From: Podarcis tiliguerta
Taxonomy: Eukaryota
DNA length: 64,000 bases
Assembly: GCA_965153285.1 (NCBI GenBank)
Contig: OZ229110.1
Reading direction: 5' to 3' (one strand)
Position numbers and translations under genes: made by a program. Shown here piece by piece: positions 13,941 to 27,713 of this stretch (position 1 is its first letter; the number at the start of each line of letters is the position of its first letter). The notes beneath the pieces are model-generated. The model had not been told where the DNA came from. It searched no databases and was given only the letters and a program-made list of their open reading frames with translations.

Positions 13941-14308
13941 CAGTGGTGCCTCGCAAGACGAAAAGAATCCGTTCCGCGAGTCTTTTCGTCTTGCGGTTTT
14001 TTCGTCTTGCGAAGCAAGCCCATTGGCGGATTAGCGCTATTAGCGCTATTGGCACTTTAAGGGCTAAACGGCTTTTTAAGGCTTAAGGGATTAGCGGTTT
14101 TGCTGCTAAAATGCTTTTAGCAGCTTAGCGATTCAGAAAAAGGGGTTTTGGAGCAAAAAAAAAACACCTCAAAATTTTTCGTCAATTTTCGTCTTGCGAA
14201 GCAAGCCCATAGGGAAATTCGTCTTGCGAAGCGCCTCTGCGGACGGAAAACCCTTTCGTCTTGCGGGTTTTCCGTCTTGCGAGGCATTCGTCTTGCGGGG
14301 CACCACTG
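13941..14308 (+). mobile_element. Tc1/mariner MITE, family B
   Basis: TA|CAGTGGTGCCTCGCAAGACGAA...TTCGTCTTGCGGGGCACCACTG|TA with many internal TCGTCTTGCG repeats. Confidence 0.92.
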
Positions 14309-16291
14309 TATAGCACTAAGTGGGGTATGCATGAGGATAGGGACAAGGTCTGCTCATGCAATGGGACATGCCCAGTGTGTGTGATGTCATGACATCATGC
14401 GCACTGCCCAGCTTTGGAACCTGACTTCCAGGGACACAGGAAGTCAGGTTCTGAGACCTCACAAGGCCTTGGATGTGACTTCAGTGCTTTGCGAGGCACT
14501 GGAAGTTACAACAGGGGCCCTGCAGTGTGGGTGCTGAGTACCCATGACAATTTTTTTGTGTGGGTGCTCAGGTACCCAGAGCCCCCTATAGCTGGCACCC
14601 CTGCCCCCAACCCTCTAGAGCAAATTTAAGGGGTGGAAGCCCCATTGTACTAGCACACCTCGTTCCCCACATCCAACAACTTAGTTGAATCTCCCCCTTC
14701 AGTGTTTCTTCTTCCTCAAGTCATATTTTGAAGGAGGTCAGGGTAATTTGCACTTCATACTAGATCATTAATGGACAAAGAATGGGCAGGACACCTTCTG
14801 TAGACCATATGAAGTTGTAAGCAGCTGTTCTTTGAATGATGCCACACATGGTCACAACATGGGTGGCTGGTTTGTCGCTTGTGTACGTCCACTGTGGCAT
14901 GGGCTGCTGTCAAAGAACAACTGTAACAGGTAAGCTCCTTTGCTTTTCTTAGTAATGTAATATGGGCAGGATGCCAGCAATTAAATTAACATGCAAGGTT
15001 TAAAATGCAAGAGAATATTCATCTGTTCAGTGCGCGGATGACCTAGAGGGTGCATTCCGCTAGTAAAAGTGTAACAAAAAAGCACTCAACTTATTAATGA
15101 AAGACTAGGAATGGCGGCAGCTGTGAGATGGAAAACTTAATCCTTTTTTAAAAAAAGAAAAGCATATTTCTTGTACACAGTTTGAAAATGTGCATCAGAT
15201 TTCTCCTGAAATAAGACTGCTTCAATGACTTTAAGAACAGAAGGAATTGAATTGGGGCCATCCCTACTTCTCATGGCATTTTGTTTCTTTTTGTCTTGCA
15301 GTTGGTTGCTTTTGTGTCCTGGTTTATTTGGGGGGGCGGGGGGGAGAGAGCAGTCTGGGCTGGTGATTATTCAACTAGTTCCTGGTGAGTGTGGTATTGC
15401 CCAATGCGTTCTCCTAACCCTGGTTCCGCAGCAGGTGGGGAAGGATCACTGGCTTCTCCCCAGGACTTGAGTTGAAAGCGGAGCTGAGATATGCTTTGAC
15501 TGCATTCTTGCCAGGTGCAGGTGCAGAGCCAAAGCAAGCCTCCACTTCTGCCTCTCTTCCTTGGCTCTGAACCTAAGGAACTTGAGGTGGAGACATGTGG
15601 GTTTGCCTCTGCGAGGCACTCTGAGCTTGGAAGATGCTGCTGGAGCAGAAGAACTTGACACATCTCTGACTTCCCTTGCTTTGAGATGAAGATGAAACAG
15701 GGAAGCTTGTTTCTGTGTTTACATACATAGTTTTATTTGTATGTAGCCTTTCCACGGCTTACAACATGAAAAAATATATAACTACAACCTAACAAAAGTA
15801 GTCATAAACCATAAATAAAACATTAAAAAATACACAATCACATAAATCACAAGATCTAAAATAAAGATACAAAAAACAAACAGCACAAGTCCCACCAAAC
15901 AACACCGCCCAAAAAACCCCCACCCCAGCCCAAGAGGGTGTTCAGCAGCCTCAGCTTTTGTAGCTGGGGTCAATCAAGGCCCCGCTCTCCCAGACCAGGT
16001 GGACCAGGTGGAAAAGGCCTGCAAGAAAGGAAGCAGATCTTCCTGGCTGTTTGTTGAGTACTTGTAGGACCCAGAACGAAACCAAGGCTCCACAAACCCC
16101 CTCCAGTAATAAAGCAGTGACGAGGCTTCTTGTCTGGCGAGGAATGCCTCACACTTCTCCCCAGCTCCAAGCTTGGAGCTAAAGAGCGAGGTTAGAGGAT
16201 GGTAACTAATCTTGTACGTTTGAGACATGCAGCATTAGGTCAAGGACAAGATCTGTCCTATTGGAGGAGGGATATAATATTGATGAAGACT

Positions 16292-16427
16292 CAGGCTTCC
16301 TCAACCTTGGCCCTCCAGATGTTTTGAGACTACAGTTCCCACCATCCCTGACCACTGGTCCTGCTAGCTAGGGATCATGGGAGTTGTGGGCCAAAAACAT
16401 CTGGAGGGCTGAGGTTGAAGAAGCCTG
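16292..16427. mobile_element. Palindromic hAT-like MITE (intact copy)
   Basis: CAGGCTTCCTCAACCT..CCCTCCAGATGTTTT / AAAACATCTGGAGGG..AGGTTGAAGAAGCCTG, with imperfect flanking direct repeat atgaagac/atgaaaac. Confidence 0.8.
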
Positions 16428-19034
16428 ATGAAAACAAATATTTGAAAGCCAGCCGTACATTGTCCACCCTGGCCCCAATTTTATCTCAATTATTAAAATA
16501 ATTAACTCAAATGTAAGAACATAACATATTTCCTTTCTGGATTAGATCAACAATCCATCTATTTGTAATACTCACTTTCCTCCAGTGCCTAACCAGATGC
16601 TCCTGGAAGCTCAGAAACTGAGCGTAATTGTCATTGCTGTCTCCTGTTGAGTATAATTAGAAATACGCTGTCTTGAGTATTTCAATTATTATGGCGATCT
16701 TCCATGTGTTTGTCAAATCCTTTTAAAAGCTATTTAGGTTAGTGGTTGTTGCAGCCGTGTGTAGCACTGAATCCCACAATGCCTATCAGTTGCATTGGGT
16801 AGCCCAGAGCTGTAGTTGAAATTAATGAAAAAGCTGAAATTACTCTCCAGTACAATGTCCATATCACTCCTTGTTCTTGTCTTTCTTAGGCCTCTCTCAT
16901 AATGACACACTACCCCAATGATTTTAGTTCTTCTTTCTTAACAACCCCCCCCCCCAGTTTTCTCCAGCTTTGCAATATTTTTTGTACAAAGGCAAACAGA
17001 ACTACCCACAATATTTTAAATACTGGAGAAAACAGCCTTTTGGAGCTCTTCAGAACTTATGAAGCACTGTCCACTTGGCTCAGATCCTGATCTAAGAATA
17101 AATTGCATCTGAACGGTGTGCCTAGAATTCTCAGGGTATCCATCCCAATGCTGTGGATTTCCCCACATGCCAAATGGATAGCTTTGAATCACTAACTTCT
17201 TTTTCCACCATTAAATTTTATCCAGCACCTGAACCTCACTATTGTCAGGCTAGGATAAATCCACTGATGGTAGCTGCAAAGGTGTGAATTGCACTATCTG
17301 TCGTCCATAAAAACTGGGAAATGTCCTTATGATGTAAAAATGACTAAGTGAAAATTCACAGAATGCTTGCACCTCACAAGCGTGCCTCTTTCACAAATTT
17401 AGCATTTTTGAGGGAAAGTGCGTTGCTTTCGTTTGGGTTTTTTCTGGGCTTGTGTTTGGATGGTCATACCACATGGCGGCGATAGAGCTCACATCTGGCA
17501 GCGCTTTTGATTGGAGTTATGTGCTGGCAAAGATTGGAAGACTTGCTGGCAAGAAACCTGGGAATGTTTCCAAAAAAGCAACGGATGGTACCAGTTTGTG
17601 CCTTCTCCCACTTTCTAGTACCTGTTTCTCAACCTTCCCTTTGGCAGCAACCTATTGCTTCCTGCAGTCTTATGCGTAAATACAGGACAGACGCTGCAGA
17701 GCTGGGAATTGTAGAACCCAGAAGCATTTCATTCCCTATTTATTAAGGCTGCTCAGGCCTACTAGACTAAAAGTGAAGAACCCTCTAGCTCAGGATATAG
17801 ATACTAGAGCTGTGAAGCTTGATAGCACTATAGTTACTATATCAATTACATTAAAAGTACAGACTTGATTAAAGTTGAGTGGCGGTAGGTCCCAAAAGAG
17901 CTGGAACAGAGTATGAGCAATACCAAGTGCTGTGACAGCTACTGGTCCTGTATGCTTTGCTAATTGGAACTCATAACCAAATCTGGAGAGTAGGGAGCAA
18001 CCTTCTTGCTGCAGTAGCTGATGTGCATGGGCTTTTGCCCTCCCCCTCGGAGAAGAAAGGTGTAAAGCAGTACTAAGCCTCATTCATGGGATCTTAGTGT
18101 CAGCAGGAGTGTGTGGGCAAGGAGTCCAGAGATCCCTTGCTGCTAAAGAAGAAAGGTGGATACATGATGAAACAGCAGCTAATCAGAAGTCAGAATCGTG
18201 TTGCAGAGTGTGGAATGTGTGTTGGGGTTTATGGAAACAGGAATAAAAACTCCATGGGCAGTGTGGATGAATGAATGGGGAAAGCCAGCACCAGTGATTC
18301 CAGCATCCAGGACAGTGGTGCAAGTTGCTGTTTTGGGATCTGCCTCAGATATCAGAATGCTTGCGGCCAGTTTTGTTTACTGTATGAGCCAATGTCTCAT
18401 ACAGGGATTGAGATTCACCATCAGCCTTCTGAGTTGGCCTGTTCCTCCGTTAGGAAGTTGCTCACAAGGCGTTTGTGGTTCTAGGACAATGGTGTGGAAC
18501 CACTTTGGACTGGAGGCTTGGAGCCAAAATTTGCCAAACTTCTGTAGGCCACATTGGTTTTTTGCAGCCACGACTTTACCTTTGGTGCTGTTTGAATTTG
18601 ACTATTGTGCTGCTTTCAAAAGAGGTCGGATATGCTTAGGAGTAATCACTTGCTTCTGAGTGTCTCTGATACCCTGTCATGCTGCCTTTGGCAGGTACGT
18701 TGCCCAAATCAAACAGTGCTAACCCAAAGGTAAAACTTTGGCTGCAGAGGGAAGTTCTTTTGCAGTCATGGCTTGAATTTGGCACTGTTTGCAGCCTTTG
18801 CTTGGCTGAAATGGGCAGGCGTGGTGGGCCCTAAGTAGACCCACAGGTCAGATTTCCCCACTGCTGTCCTAGGACTACTAATAATTGTATGTGAGGTGTC
18901 TTTTTTCCAAGGCTAAACAGCTTGCTAAGCACATTAAGCACAGCTTACAAAAGTAACATGCACAACTTTTCATATCATTTGCACAAACATTGTAGAGGCA
19001 GGTGATGAACCTTTTTCACTTTTTTGATAAAGAA

Positions 19035-19134
19035 TCCATGACCATCTGTCATGGATGTTTTAGCTGAGATTCCTGCATTGCAGGGGGTTGGGCTAGATGA
19101 CCCTTTGGCTTCACTGCCAACTCTATGATTCTGT
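19035..19134 (+). mobile_element. CR1 3' UTR fragment
   Basis: attcctgcattgcagggggttgggctagatgaccc..ccaactctatgattct. Confidence 0.8.
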
Positions 19135-19635
19135 GAAATGGTGTGTATATTCAGCTCTAGAGTGTAACAGCTGTGGTTTGGAGCATGCACTGTAAAACAA
19201 ATAGCTGCATTTGAAAGTGACTCTGTTCAGAGCCAAGAATATTTTAAATGTGCAAACTGCATAAACCAATGCATATTAAACAATGTGCATAAATCCTTAG
19301 TTTGCATAGTTCATTTTTGCTTCTACAAGTCATGGGGCCGGGTGGAGAGTTCTATGCAGGACCTGCCTACAAATTCTATGACCACCAGGGGAAAAAGTCA
19401 AACTTTCCCCCCCGGAGATTGCAGCAGGCATTGCTTGCATAAATTCTTTTTACAGATGGGCAGAAACGTATTGTTTTAATTGCAGTTCACATGTTTTATC
19501 ACAATGTTGATTACTGCATCCAGTGGCAAATTACACATGTGCGCTGTAGTTGTGGAATAAAGAGAACCAAAACTATAGGATTCCTAGTTACCGTTTGGTG
19601 ATTCCAGCTTTTCCATTTTTACTTTTTCCTGGGAT

Positions 19636-19880
19636 CAGTCAAACCTTGGTTCCCTGAACCGATCTGTTTTGGAACGTTTCGGCTCCCGAACAACAAAAAC
19701 CCAGAAGTAAATGCTCCGGTTTTTGAACGTTTTTCAGAAGCCAAATGGCTTCCGGGAATCCCCCCCTCCCCTTTTCCTCCATTGACTTTGCCGACTGCCC
19801 TTTGATCCTCGGTCGTTGAACGTTTCGGAAGTTGAATGGACTTCTGGAATGGATTACGTTCAGCAACCGAGGTTTGACTG
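19636..19880. mobile_element. Tc1/mariner MITE, family C
   Basis: CAGTCAAACCTTGGTT / AACCGAGGTTTGACTG|TA inverted termini with internal GAACGTTT repeats. Confidence 0.85.
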
Positions 19881-21821
19881 TAGTTGAATAATTATTTGCT
19901 GGTTATCTGCAATGCCAGTCCTGTCCTGTCCTCTCTAGCTCCTTTCCACTCTTTTGTGAATTATGCTACCCAGGATTCTTCCTCTCTTATCTCATTCTGC
20001 ATCTACCAGACCTTGCAATATGCACATTTTCTGATTTGGAGCTTGTACAGAGTTGCTTTGGAATCTTCTGTTTTATTTTCAAGCACCTAGAAGTGGTTGC
20101 ATATGAATTTAGGGCCCTAAATTAACCAAAGTAGGAGATTTCTGCTCAAATCTTAAGGGGAAAACATGGGGGCAAAATATTCTTATTTGGCTAGTAATAT
20201 TTGCTTGATTTGCCTCCCAGATGCCTTGGACTCTACAGCTATTAATCCTTGAATCTTGAGGCACACAGTGGTCTCTCATCATACATAGTTAAGCTTTGAA
20301 CAGGGGGAGGAAAGCCAAAGTAACCTCAGTTAGTATAATGTATTTTTATCTTCAGTGAGGGTCATTTCCCCTTGTAAATGCTAACCAGCTTGACATTGGG
20401 AGATACAACTTAAATTGCAGCCCTAGGTGGTCTGGCTGTAGCCTCCCTGGAGATTGCAGGTATTATGTATACATCCTGACCAGGCATTAATTTGGCAGGT
20501 AGTCTGGAAAATGCCACTGCGTTGTATTCTGATGTGAAAGCTGTGTTTAGCATCTGCATTGAGTGGAAAGAGGTTCTGCATTTTGAGGAAAAAAGGGCAA
20601 CTGCAAGTTGGAGTTGGGATAAACCAACTTCATATAGGATCATGCCCCTTAATGTGGTAAATATAGTCTTGGGAGATGATCAAAAAGCATTTTTTTTTTT
20701 TTTTTTTTGGCTTGGCAGAACTAGCTTATTCCCATTTGTACAAATTCTGGAGGGTTACAGAGGCATCTATGAGTTAAACAAGGGAGAGTGGGAGCTTTCA
20801 GCACTCCAAGCAGACCATTACAGAAGTGATTCAGCAGGAGGAGGCGGCAGGAGACTGGTATATTCCGGTCCAGGCCTATTAAAGGTTTCATTGTTTTGAC
20901 TTCTGGAGTCTGCTTCTGGGTGGGCATCGAAAAGCCCCATTATGGCATATATTGAGTCCTGCTTTGAAGCACTGAAATTTTTCCCTAGGGGGAAAAGGGA
21001 AGAGATGGTGAGAAGGCACTAAGTTCATTTTCTGACTCATTCGCCACTGCTGCACCCACAGCATAGATCTGGCGCAAGTATAATCCTATCACAGTCCCGT
21101 ATCTCACTCTCATAATCACTGATATAGGTAATGTAGCACTATAAACTACCCAGAGAATGTTAGCTATTGAGTAGGAAACAAACAAACGGGGGACTGAACA
21201 CCAGAAGTCTTTTAAAGCTCGAATGAGACCATAAACACTGAGAAATTGTTTTACATTGCTGAATTGTAACCCATTTGTTTTTGTCAAAGCGATAAAAGAA
21301 CATGCAGAGGCTTTGGGGTTAGTAGTTGTTCAAGAAAAATGCAACAACCTTTGCATACAGTAGATTTATTAGTTAAGCAGAGTGAGCTCAATATATGACT
21401 ATAATAACTGGGGAGAAGGGGAGAGCAAGGAAAGGTATTTGATTTATTTATTCATTAAAGGTGTTTTAATACAGACATACAATCATATCCCCATGGTACT
21501 TACTTAAACTAAGCTGTCATTTTCCAGTCTTGGAAATTAGAGAACACATGTGGTTCAGTAAAAGATTAGAGTATGAAGTTGTGTCATGATCGTACTGCTG
21601 AAATTATTCATTGAATGATGTATGTTCTTTTAAGCTGAAGTGGCGAATGGAACAAATGACTGCAATGTTCTTCCCCTGAAAACCATCATAAAGAAAGTAT
21701 TGGGAGCAACCATTTAAAGCCTTGGCCCCTTAATCTGCAGAGAAACTCAATGTTTAATTTATTCTATGTCAGGCAAAACGGTGTGTGTGTAGAGAGAGCT
21801 TTTATTGTGTGGTCCTTTTTT

Positions 21822-22187
21822 GGGACGCGGGTGGCACTGTGGGTAAAACCACAGCGCCTAGGACTTGCCGATCGCATGGTCAGCGGTTCGAATCCCCGTG
21901 GCGGGGTGCGCTCCCGTCGTTCGGTCCCAGCGCCTGCCAACCTAGCAGTTCGAAAGCACCCCCGGGTGCAAGTAGATAAATAGGGACCGCTTACCAGCGG
22001 GAAGGTAAACGGCGTTTCCGTGTGCGGCTCTGGCTCGCCAGAGCAGCGATGTCACGCTGGCCACGTGACCCGGAAGTGTCTTCGGACAGTGCTGGCCCCC
22101 GGCCTCTTTGAGTGAGATGAGCGCACAACCCTAGAGTCTGGCAAGACTGGCCCGTACGGGCAGGGGTACCTTTACCTTTACCTTTAC
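21822..22187 (+). mobile_element. Sauria SINE (Squam1), full length
   Basis: GGGACGCGGGTGGC start, B box GGTTCGAATCC, core GCAAGTAGATAAATAGG, (ACCTTT)n tail, CpG-rich. Confidence 0.93.
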
Positions 22188-22384
22188 TTTTTGCCACACT
22201 AGAGTTGGAGTAGATGTTGCTCTGAGCCCTGAAAAGACCAAAAGTGCTTTCAAGACTTTGAATGCCTCTCACAGGGTAAGGTAGCCTTCCCCAACCTGGT
22301 GCCCTCCAGATGTTTTGGATGGTAATTCCTATCAACCCTAGCCAGTGTATCCAGGGTGATGGGAGTTGTAGCCCAACATGTACG

Positions 22385-22790
22385 AGAACACAAGAAAGCC
22401 TGCTGAATTGGACCAGTGTCCTCTCTAGTCCAGCATCCTGTTCTCACAGTGGCCAACCAGATGTCTGTGGGAAGCAAACAAGTAGGACCTGAAAGTAAGA
22501 GCAGTCTCCTCTCCAGTGGTTTCCAGCAACTGGTTTAGGAGCATACTGTCTCCAACAGTGAAAGAGGAACATAGCTGTCATGGCTAGTAGCCAATGATAG
22601 CCTTTTCCTTTATGAATGTGTCTAATCCTCTTCTAAAGCTGTCCAAGTTGGTGACGCATCACCGCCTCTTGTGAGAGTGAACTCCATAGATTAATTATGT
22701 GATATGTGAAGATGTTCTTTCTTTTGTCTGTCCCGTATCTTCCAACATTCAGCCTCATTGGATGACCCAATGTTCTACCACTGTGAAGAC
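22385..22790 (-). mobile_element. Old CR1-like 3' fragment
   Basis: ctagtccagcatcctgttctcacagtggccaaccagatg motif, also seen at about 33060-33140, 38770-38860 and 48420-48490. Confidence 0.6.
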
Positions 22791-23229
22791 AGATACAACA
22801 AATTCGTTTAGCTTTTCTGCAGTCTCTGCAGAGGGATCTTTAGCATACCCTTGACTCCTGTAATCTAAAGGTCCAACTGCCTCACTAGCCTGTCTCATGC
22901 TGCTCAATGTATTTAAATTATTTTCTTTGGTTTATTTATTTTTAGCAGCGTGCTCCCCTGATTCTTTTTTATCATCCGTTATTGCCTTTTTGCACTTCTG
23001 TAGCCAAAGTTTGTGTTCCCTTTAGCTCCTGTTTGGACAAGAGTGTCATTTTTATCTCTTAACAGCTTCTTAACTCTACTTGTGAAGCACGCTGGCAACC
23101 TACTGGCCTGATAGTACTTTTCCTGGTCTGTGGTATATATTCCAGCTGTGCTTCTAATAATGTGATTTTAAATAACTCACAAATATTTTTTTTTGGGGGG
23201 GGGGGATTGGCGACTCTTGACTTTATAGT

Positions 23230-23395
23230 TGGGGCACCAACCAACAATGTACCTAGGAGCAGCCCAAAACTATACGCCTGCTGTTTCAGAGGAAATTCTA
23301 TTCTATCCATAGCTGGTACGCAACCCAATTCCTGCATCTGGGAAACACCCATCTAGAGGGTCTCAAGTCTTGTCAGGATTCAGTTGCACTTCACT
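23230..23395 (-). mobile_element. L2 LINE ORF2 fragment
   Basis: Minus-strand peptide DRIEFPLKQQAYSFGLLL resembles L2 DGV.LPLKEQVRSLGVLL. Confidence 0.55.
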
Positions 23396-24442
23396 GGCCC
23401 TCATCCAGCCCATGACTGCATCCAGGCACCAGTTTAGGATATGCACTATTCTCATGATTTAGAGGTTACAGAGAAATAAAGGTAGAATCTTTGAAATTTG
23501 GGTTTCAGTATTTGTATAAGGACAAGTATTAGTACTGATTTCCCTCACTCTCCTTATTGCACATGGTACCTCTAGAGGCAACCAGGATTATTTCTTGCTA
23601 AGGGGAAGAATATCTCCCAAAATATTTCTCATAAGGATCTTGGAGGTCAATTTGCGAGCTCCTCTAACAAGAAGGATCTCAGGGAAAAAGACGTTGCCTT
23701 CTGAACTCATATCAAACCACGGAGAAAGGCTGTGAATGTGAAATAGCCATTTGTTGTTGGTAGATGCTGGTACAAGTGGAATGTTAGGAAAACATCTGAG
23801 GAAACATGATCTTCAGTTTGCTTCCATTTCCCCCTTTAACGTCAGTGGTGCAATATGAGCTGTCAGGGCTGATGTTGCAGGATGAGAGGAGATATCCCAG
23901 AGCATTGCCCTCCTTTAATCAATCTGCTTTCTTTAATCCCTTTACAAAGGGAAAGCGACACTGTGAAGCCTGGCTGTGTCAAGCAGCTGTAGAGAAGGTG
24001 CCTGGGTTTCTTGAACAGTGCATAACTATCCCTTTTCTTGGAACTCCACGACTGCTGTCTGTACTTCGCATTAGCTGGGATGTTCTCCAGAATGGTAGCA
24101 AACATTTTATGATTGCCATCTGAATGTGATGCATCTTTCTATAAAAATTGGGCCTGCTATAGGCCTTATGTTAGGGAATAGTGGTGCGAGTTCAAAAATA
24201 CAAAGCTGTAACTTGTGATCCAAAGAGTTTACTATTTGGATATGATGCCAGAAGAACAATGTATACTGAGATAGGACAGTGTTGTGTCCTCTAGGTCCTT
24301 TTGGACTCCAGTTCCCATAATCCTTGATTACTGACCATGCTGACTAGGACTGATGGGAGTTGGAGTTCAGCAACATCTGAAGGACACTGTGTTGGGTTTG
24401 CCTTTCAAATACAAAGGAGCAGTTATAATGCCTAATAAAGGT

Positions 24443-24443
<1 letters not shown>

Positions 24444-24487
<44 letters not shown>
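24444..24487. repeat. (GT)22 microsatellite
   Basis: Perfect dinucleotide run. Confidence 0.97.
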
Positions 24488-24490
<3 letters not shown>

Positions 24491-25584
24491 AAGAGAAAAA
24501 TGAAACATGAAAACTTGAGAAGGGGAGAAAACCGGTGGGGGGGGGGGAGGAAATAGTGTGATGAAGAAATGAATAATGAAGCATATGGAGAAAAAACTGA
24601 GTTTAGGAACGCCTGACTTCTAGCAAAAAGGGAAATAGCTGTATTACATATTAAAACATGAGTTATCTCTGGGTCTACAGGACAAGGGTGCAACTACTGC
24701 TTACAACTTTTTGCAGTTACTATGAAATTGCTTTTTACCAGAGAGCGAGTCTCTTGCTGAGAATTGTGAACAATCTGTTGCATGCTGTGACAAATAAAAG
24801 GAGCACTTCCCAGTAATAAACTGAATTTGGGAAAAGAACCTGAGTATTTGGAGTTTTGTAACAGCCATGGAAGGGAGCACTCAAAACTCAGAGCATTTGA
24901 AGACCTCTTACTCCAGTGCACAGAAAAAAAGAATTGGGTAATACAAACATCTGTTTGTAGAGTATAAAGACCTCCTTTGTGTGCTTTTTTCCCATGGGAA
25001 CATCAATACAAGTATTAATACATGTGCCAGAAAGGCTGTGTTCCTCAAGGTATAAATGACAGCTCAAGTGTGTTGTGTTCAGCTTGTGTATGTGACTGGG
25101 CAGAAAGAGAACATAAAGAAACCATAATGGGAGCTGGGGCTTTATTACGAGAAAAGAAAAATATTTCTAGCGTTCTGCATCGGTTGAAAGGAAAGCGTAA
25201 TACTAGGAGGAATACAAAGGGATACAAAGTAGGCTCTGGTATTCACATTCTAGGGCTTTGTTCTATTGAGGGCTGCATTTCTGGGGGGTAATTTGTTGGG
25301 GGGCTGCACACTGGTGGTAGGCGGGGCCAGAGCCAAAAGCAGTAGCATTTGCAGTCTTGCAGGATTGCATAGCAGTCTCTCTCTCTCCCCCCCCCCCCAC
25401 TCTTCCAGGGTCCATTTCAGCTTTCCTCTCTTTTCTCCTCTAGTAACATATAGGTCAGAACTGATTGCTTGCAGAAGCTTCTCCCTCGATCCTGTCCATT
25501 TTGGCTCTGTCCAGTTGTATCCATCCACCCCCTACCCCATCATCCTTCTTTTCACCCCACAGTTCAGTGTAAGAAATTCCTGTA

Positions 25585-25825
25585 CAGTGGTACCTCGGGT
25601 TAAGTACTTAATTCGTTCTGGAGGTCCGTTCTTAACCTGAAACTGTTCTTAACCTGAAGACCACTTTAGCTAATGGTGCTTCCTGCTGCTGCTGTGCCGC
25701 TGGAGCTTGATTTATGTTCTCATCCTGAAGCAAAGTTCTTAACCTGAAGCACTATTTCTAGGTTAGCGGTGTCTGTAACCTGAAGCATATGTAACCTGAA
25801 GCGTATGTAACCCGAGGTACCACTG
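25585..25825 (+). mobile_element. Tc1/mariner MITE, family A
   Basis: TA|CAGTGGTACCTCGGGTTA...TAACCCGAGGTACCACTG|TA. Confidence 0.93.
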
Positions 25826-26259
25826 TAGCCGTATCTGTCTTGCACATGTGTGTGCATATGCATGCATATACCCTTTTCCTGCCCCTGCATTGATGTGAGA
25901 ACTAAGGGTATTCAATGAAAGCCTTCCTGCAGGGAGGGAGAAGAGCAGGCCAAAATTTGATGCCCCAGCTGTCTTCCCAAAGCCAGCTGAGTGAGGCATG
26001 GGGTTTTGGGAAGGAGGCGGCAGGCTCTGGCAGAGTCCTAGAGCCCTCCCACATCCTTCCCAAAGCTGGGAAAGCACTAACTAAGCTTTGGGAAGGAGGT
26101 GGGAGGACTCGAGGACTCTGTCAGAGCCCTCACACCTCATTCCCAGAGCCCAGCACCTTGCTTACCTGGCTTTGAGAAGCCAGTGCGAGGGCTGCGGCAG
26201 GTGTGTGTGTGTGTGTGTGTGCGCGTGTGTGCATGCATGCATGCATGCATGCACCAAAT

Positions 26260-26465
26260 ACCCCTTGTCTCAAAATGGAAAATTCAAGACTGAGCGGTAG
26301 TTTTCCAAGCCAGAGAATCTTAACTTTGACTTATTTAGTAATGGCTTCACAACCACCTCCTTTAGACATGTGGGCACCCTACCCTTCTTTGGAGAGGTTT
26401 TCAGCACCTCTGAAATCCATGTGCCCAGCCTCGTCCTCGCCAACCTTAACAGCCAGGGAGCACAC
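26260..26465 (-). mobile_element. L2 LINE RT fragment
   Basis: Minus-strand peptide GRVPTCLKEVVVKPLLNK..LENYRSVLNFPF. Confidence 0.7.
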
Positions 26466-27341
26466 ATTAGGCCTCAAACCTCCAAGTAGCTTATCTATGT
26501 GTCTTGTTTTGCTTTTCAGTTGCACAAGCTAAAAAGCAGTATAACTAGGCATGGGGGAGAAATTAGTTCAGTCTGATTTCCATCACCCCTTCATTCTAAG
26601 CAGAGCTTAGGACCTTGACAGGACCACTGACTGAAGTGGCAGGAGCATCTGTCAGGAAAATTTGTATCTTGGGGTGGATTGTTCCCTCTGGTCCACTACC
26701 CCCTTCATAGGCCCTCTCTCACACTCTCTCCCTCACTCTCTCTGTTTAAGGTAAAAACCTTTCTAAAGTTAAAGGTACAAGGTATGACCAGTGGCAGGCC
26801 TCAAAAATGGGGGGGGGGGGATACTGGTTGTAAGAAGAGCATGGGTAAACTTTATTTTCTTCTCTTGACTCTCTCTTTTCCCTCTTTTCCCTGTTTCTAA
26901 CTCATACTTATTGGTGTAAGCTGTAATGATGTCTGGATCGCTTAATTTTGCAAATACTTAGAAAAACTAGATTCTGATGGAAGACATGCCTTGTTTCCAC
27001 CCCCTTTATTCTGCTGCCATTATTCTTCATTCCCTTTTTGAAGCTTTCTATTTCATTAGGGCTTTTCCTGAACTGGACAAAAGCATGCAGATGCCTCTGT
27101 TGTGGGACTGGACTTGTATATTTCTAGAAACAAAGAACCAGGAAGCAGTGACAAAATACAGCACCAGTACATCTTCATTCCAAAGCAAGAGTCAGTATCT
27201 TAAAGGTGGAGCAATTGTGGCCACAGAATATTCAAAACTGGCTATGGTAATCTGTATTACACTTTTAAAGAAATGAGCAAGCATCACCACATTTCACATG
27301 TGGTAAAATACTCTATATTTATCCACAGTCCCTTGTTTTGA

Positions 27342-27491
<150 letters not shown>

Positions 27492-27651
27492 TAAGGAGTT
27501 ATTGATAATGATGGAATTTGAAATGACTACCATCTGTTGAATATTCTTGATGGCTACAACTGAATAACTACTTTATATACTATGTTTTAGAGGAAAGGCT
27601 CTAACTGGAGATACCATTAACTGCTTGCCTTTTCTGTTTCTTGTTGGATAG

Positions 27652-27713
27652 TGATGCTCCTTTGGACCTGAAGATTAAAGCTAGTATGATTTCAGACATG
27701 TTCACACTTGTAG
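27652..27713 (+). CDS. TTLL5: TTLL5 coding exon (approx. 14): DAPLDLKIKASMISDMFTLV
   Basis: atag| and |gtgagt, 62 nt, in frame. Confidence 0.95.

Noticed and set aside
13941-14308. CRISPR-like array of TCGTCTTGCG repeats
   Set aside because: The repeats are about 10 bp, irregularly spaced and enclosed in TIRs with TA duplications, in vertebrate DNA with no cas genes.
15270-16230. Possible LTR/retroviral remnant (GC-richer segment with AATAAA near 16107)
   Set aside because: I could not identify TG..CA termini, TSD, PBS/PPT or a coding motif, so I left it unannotated.
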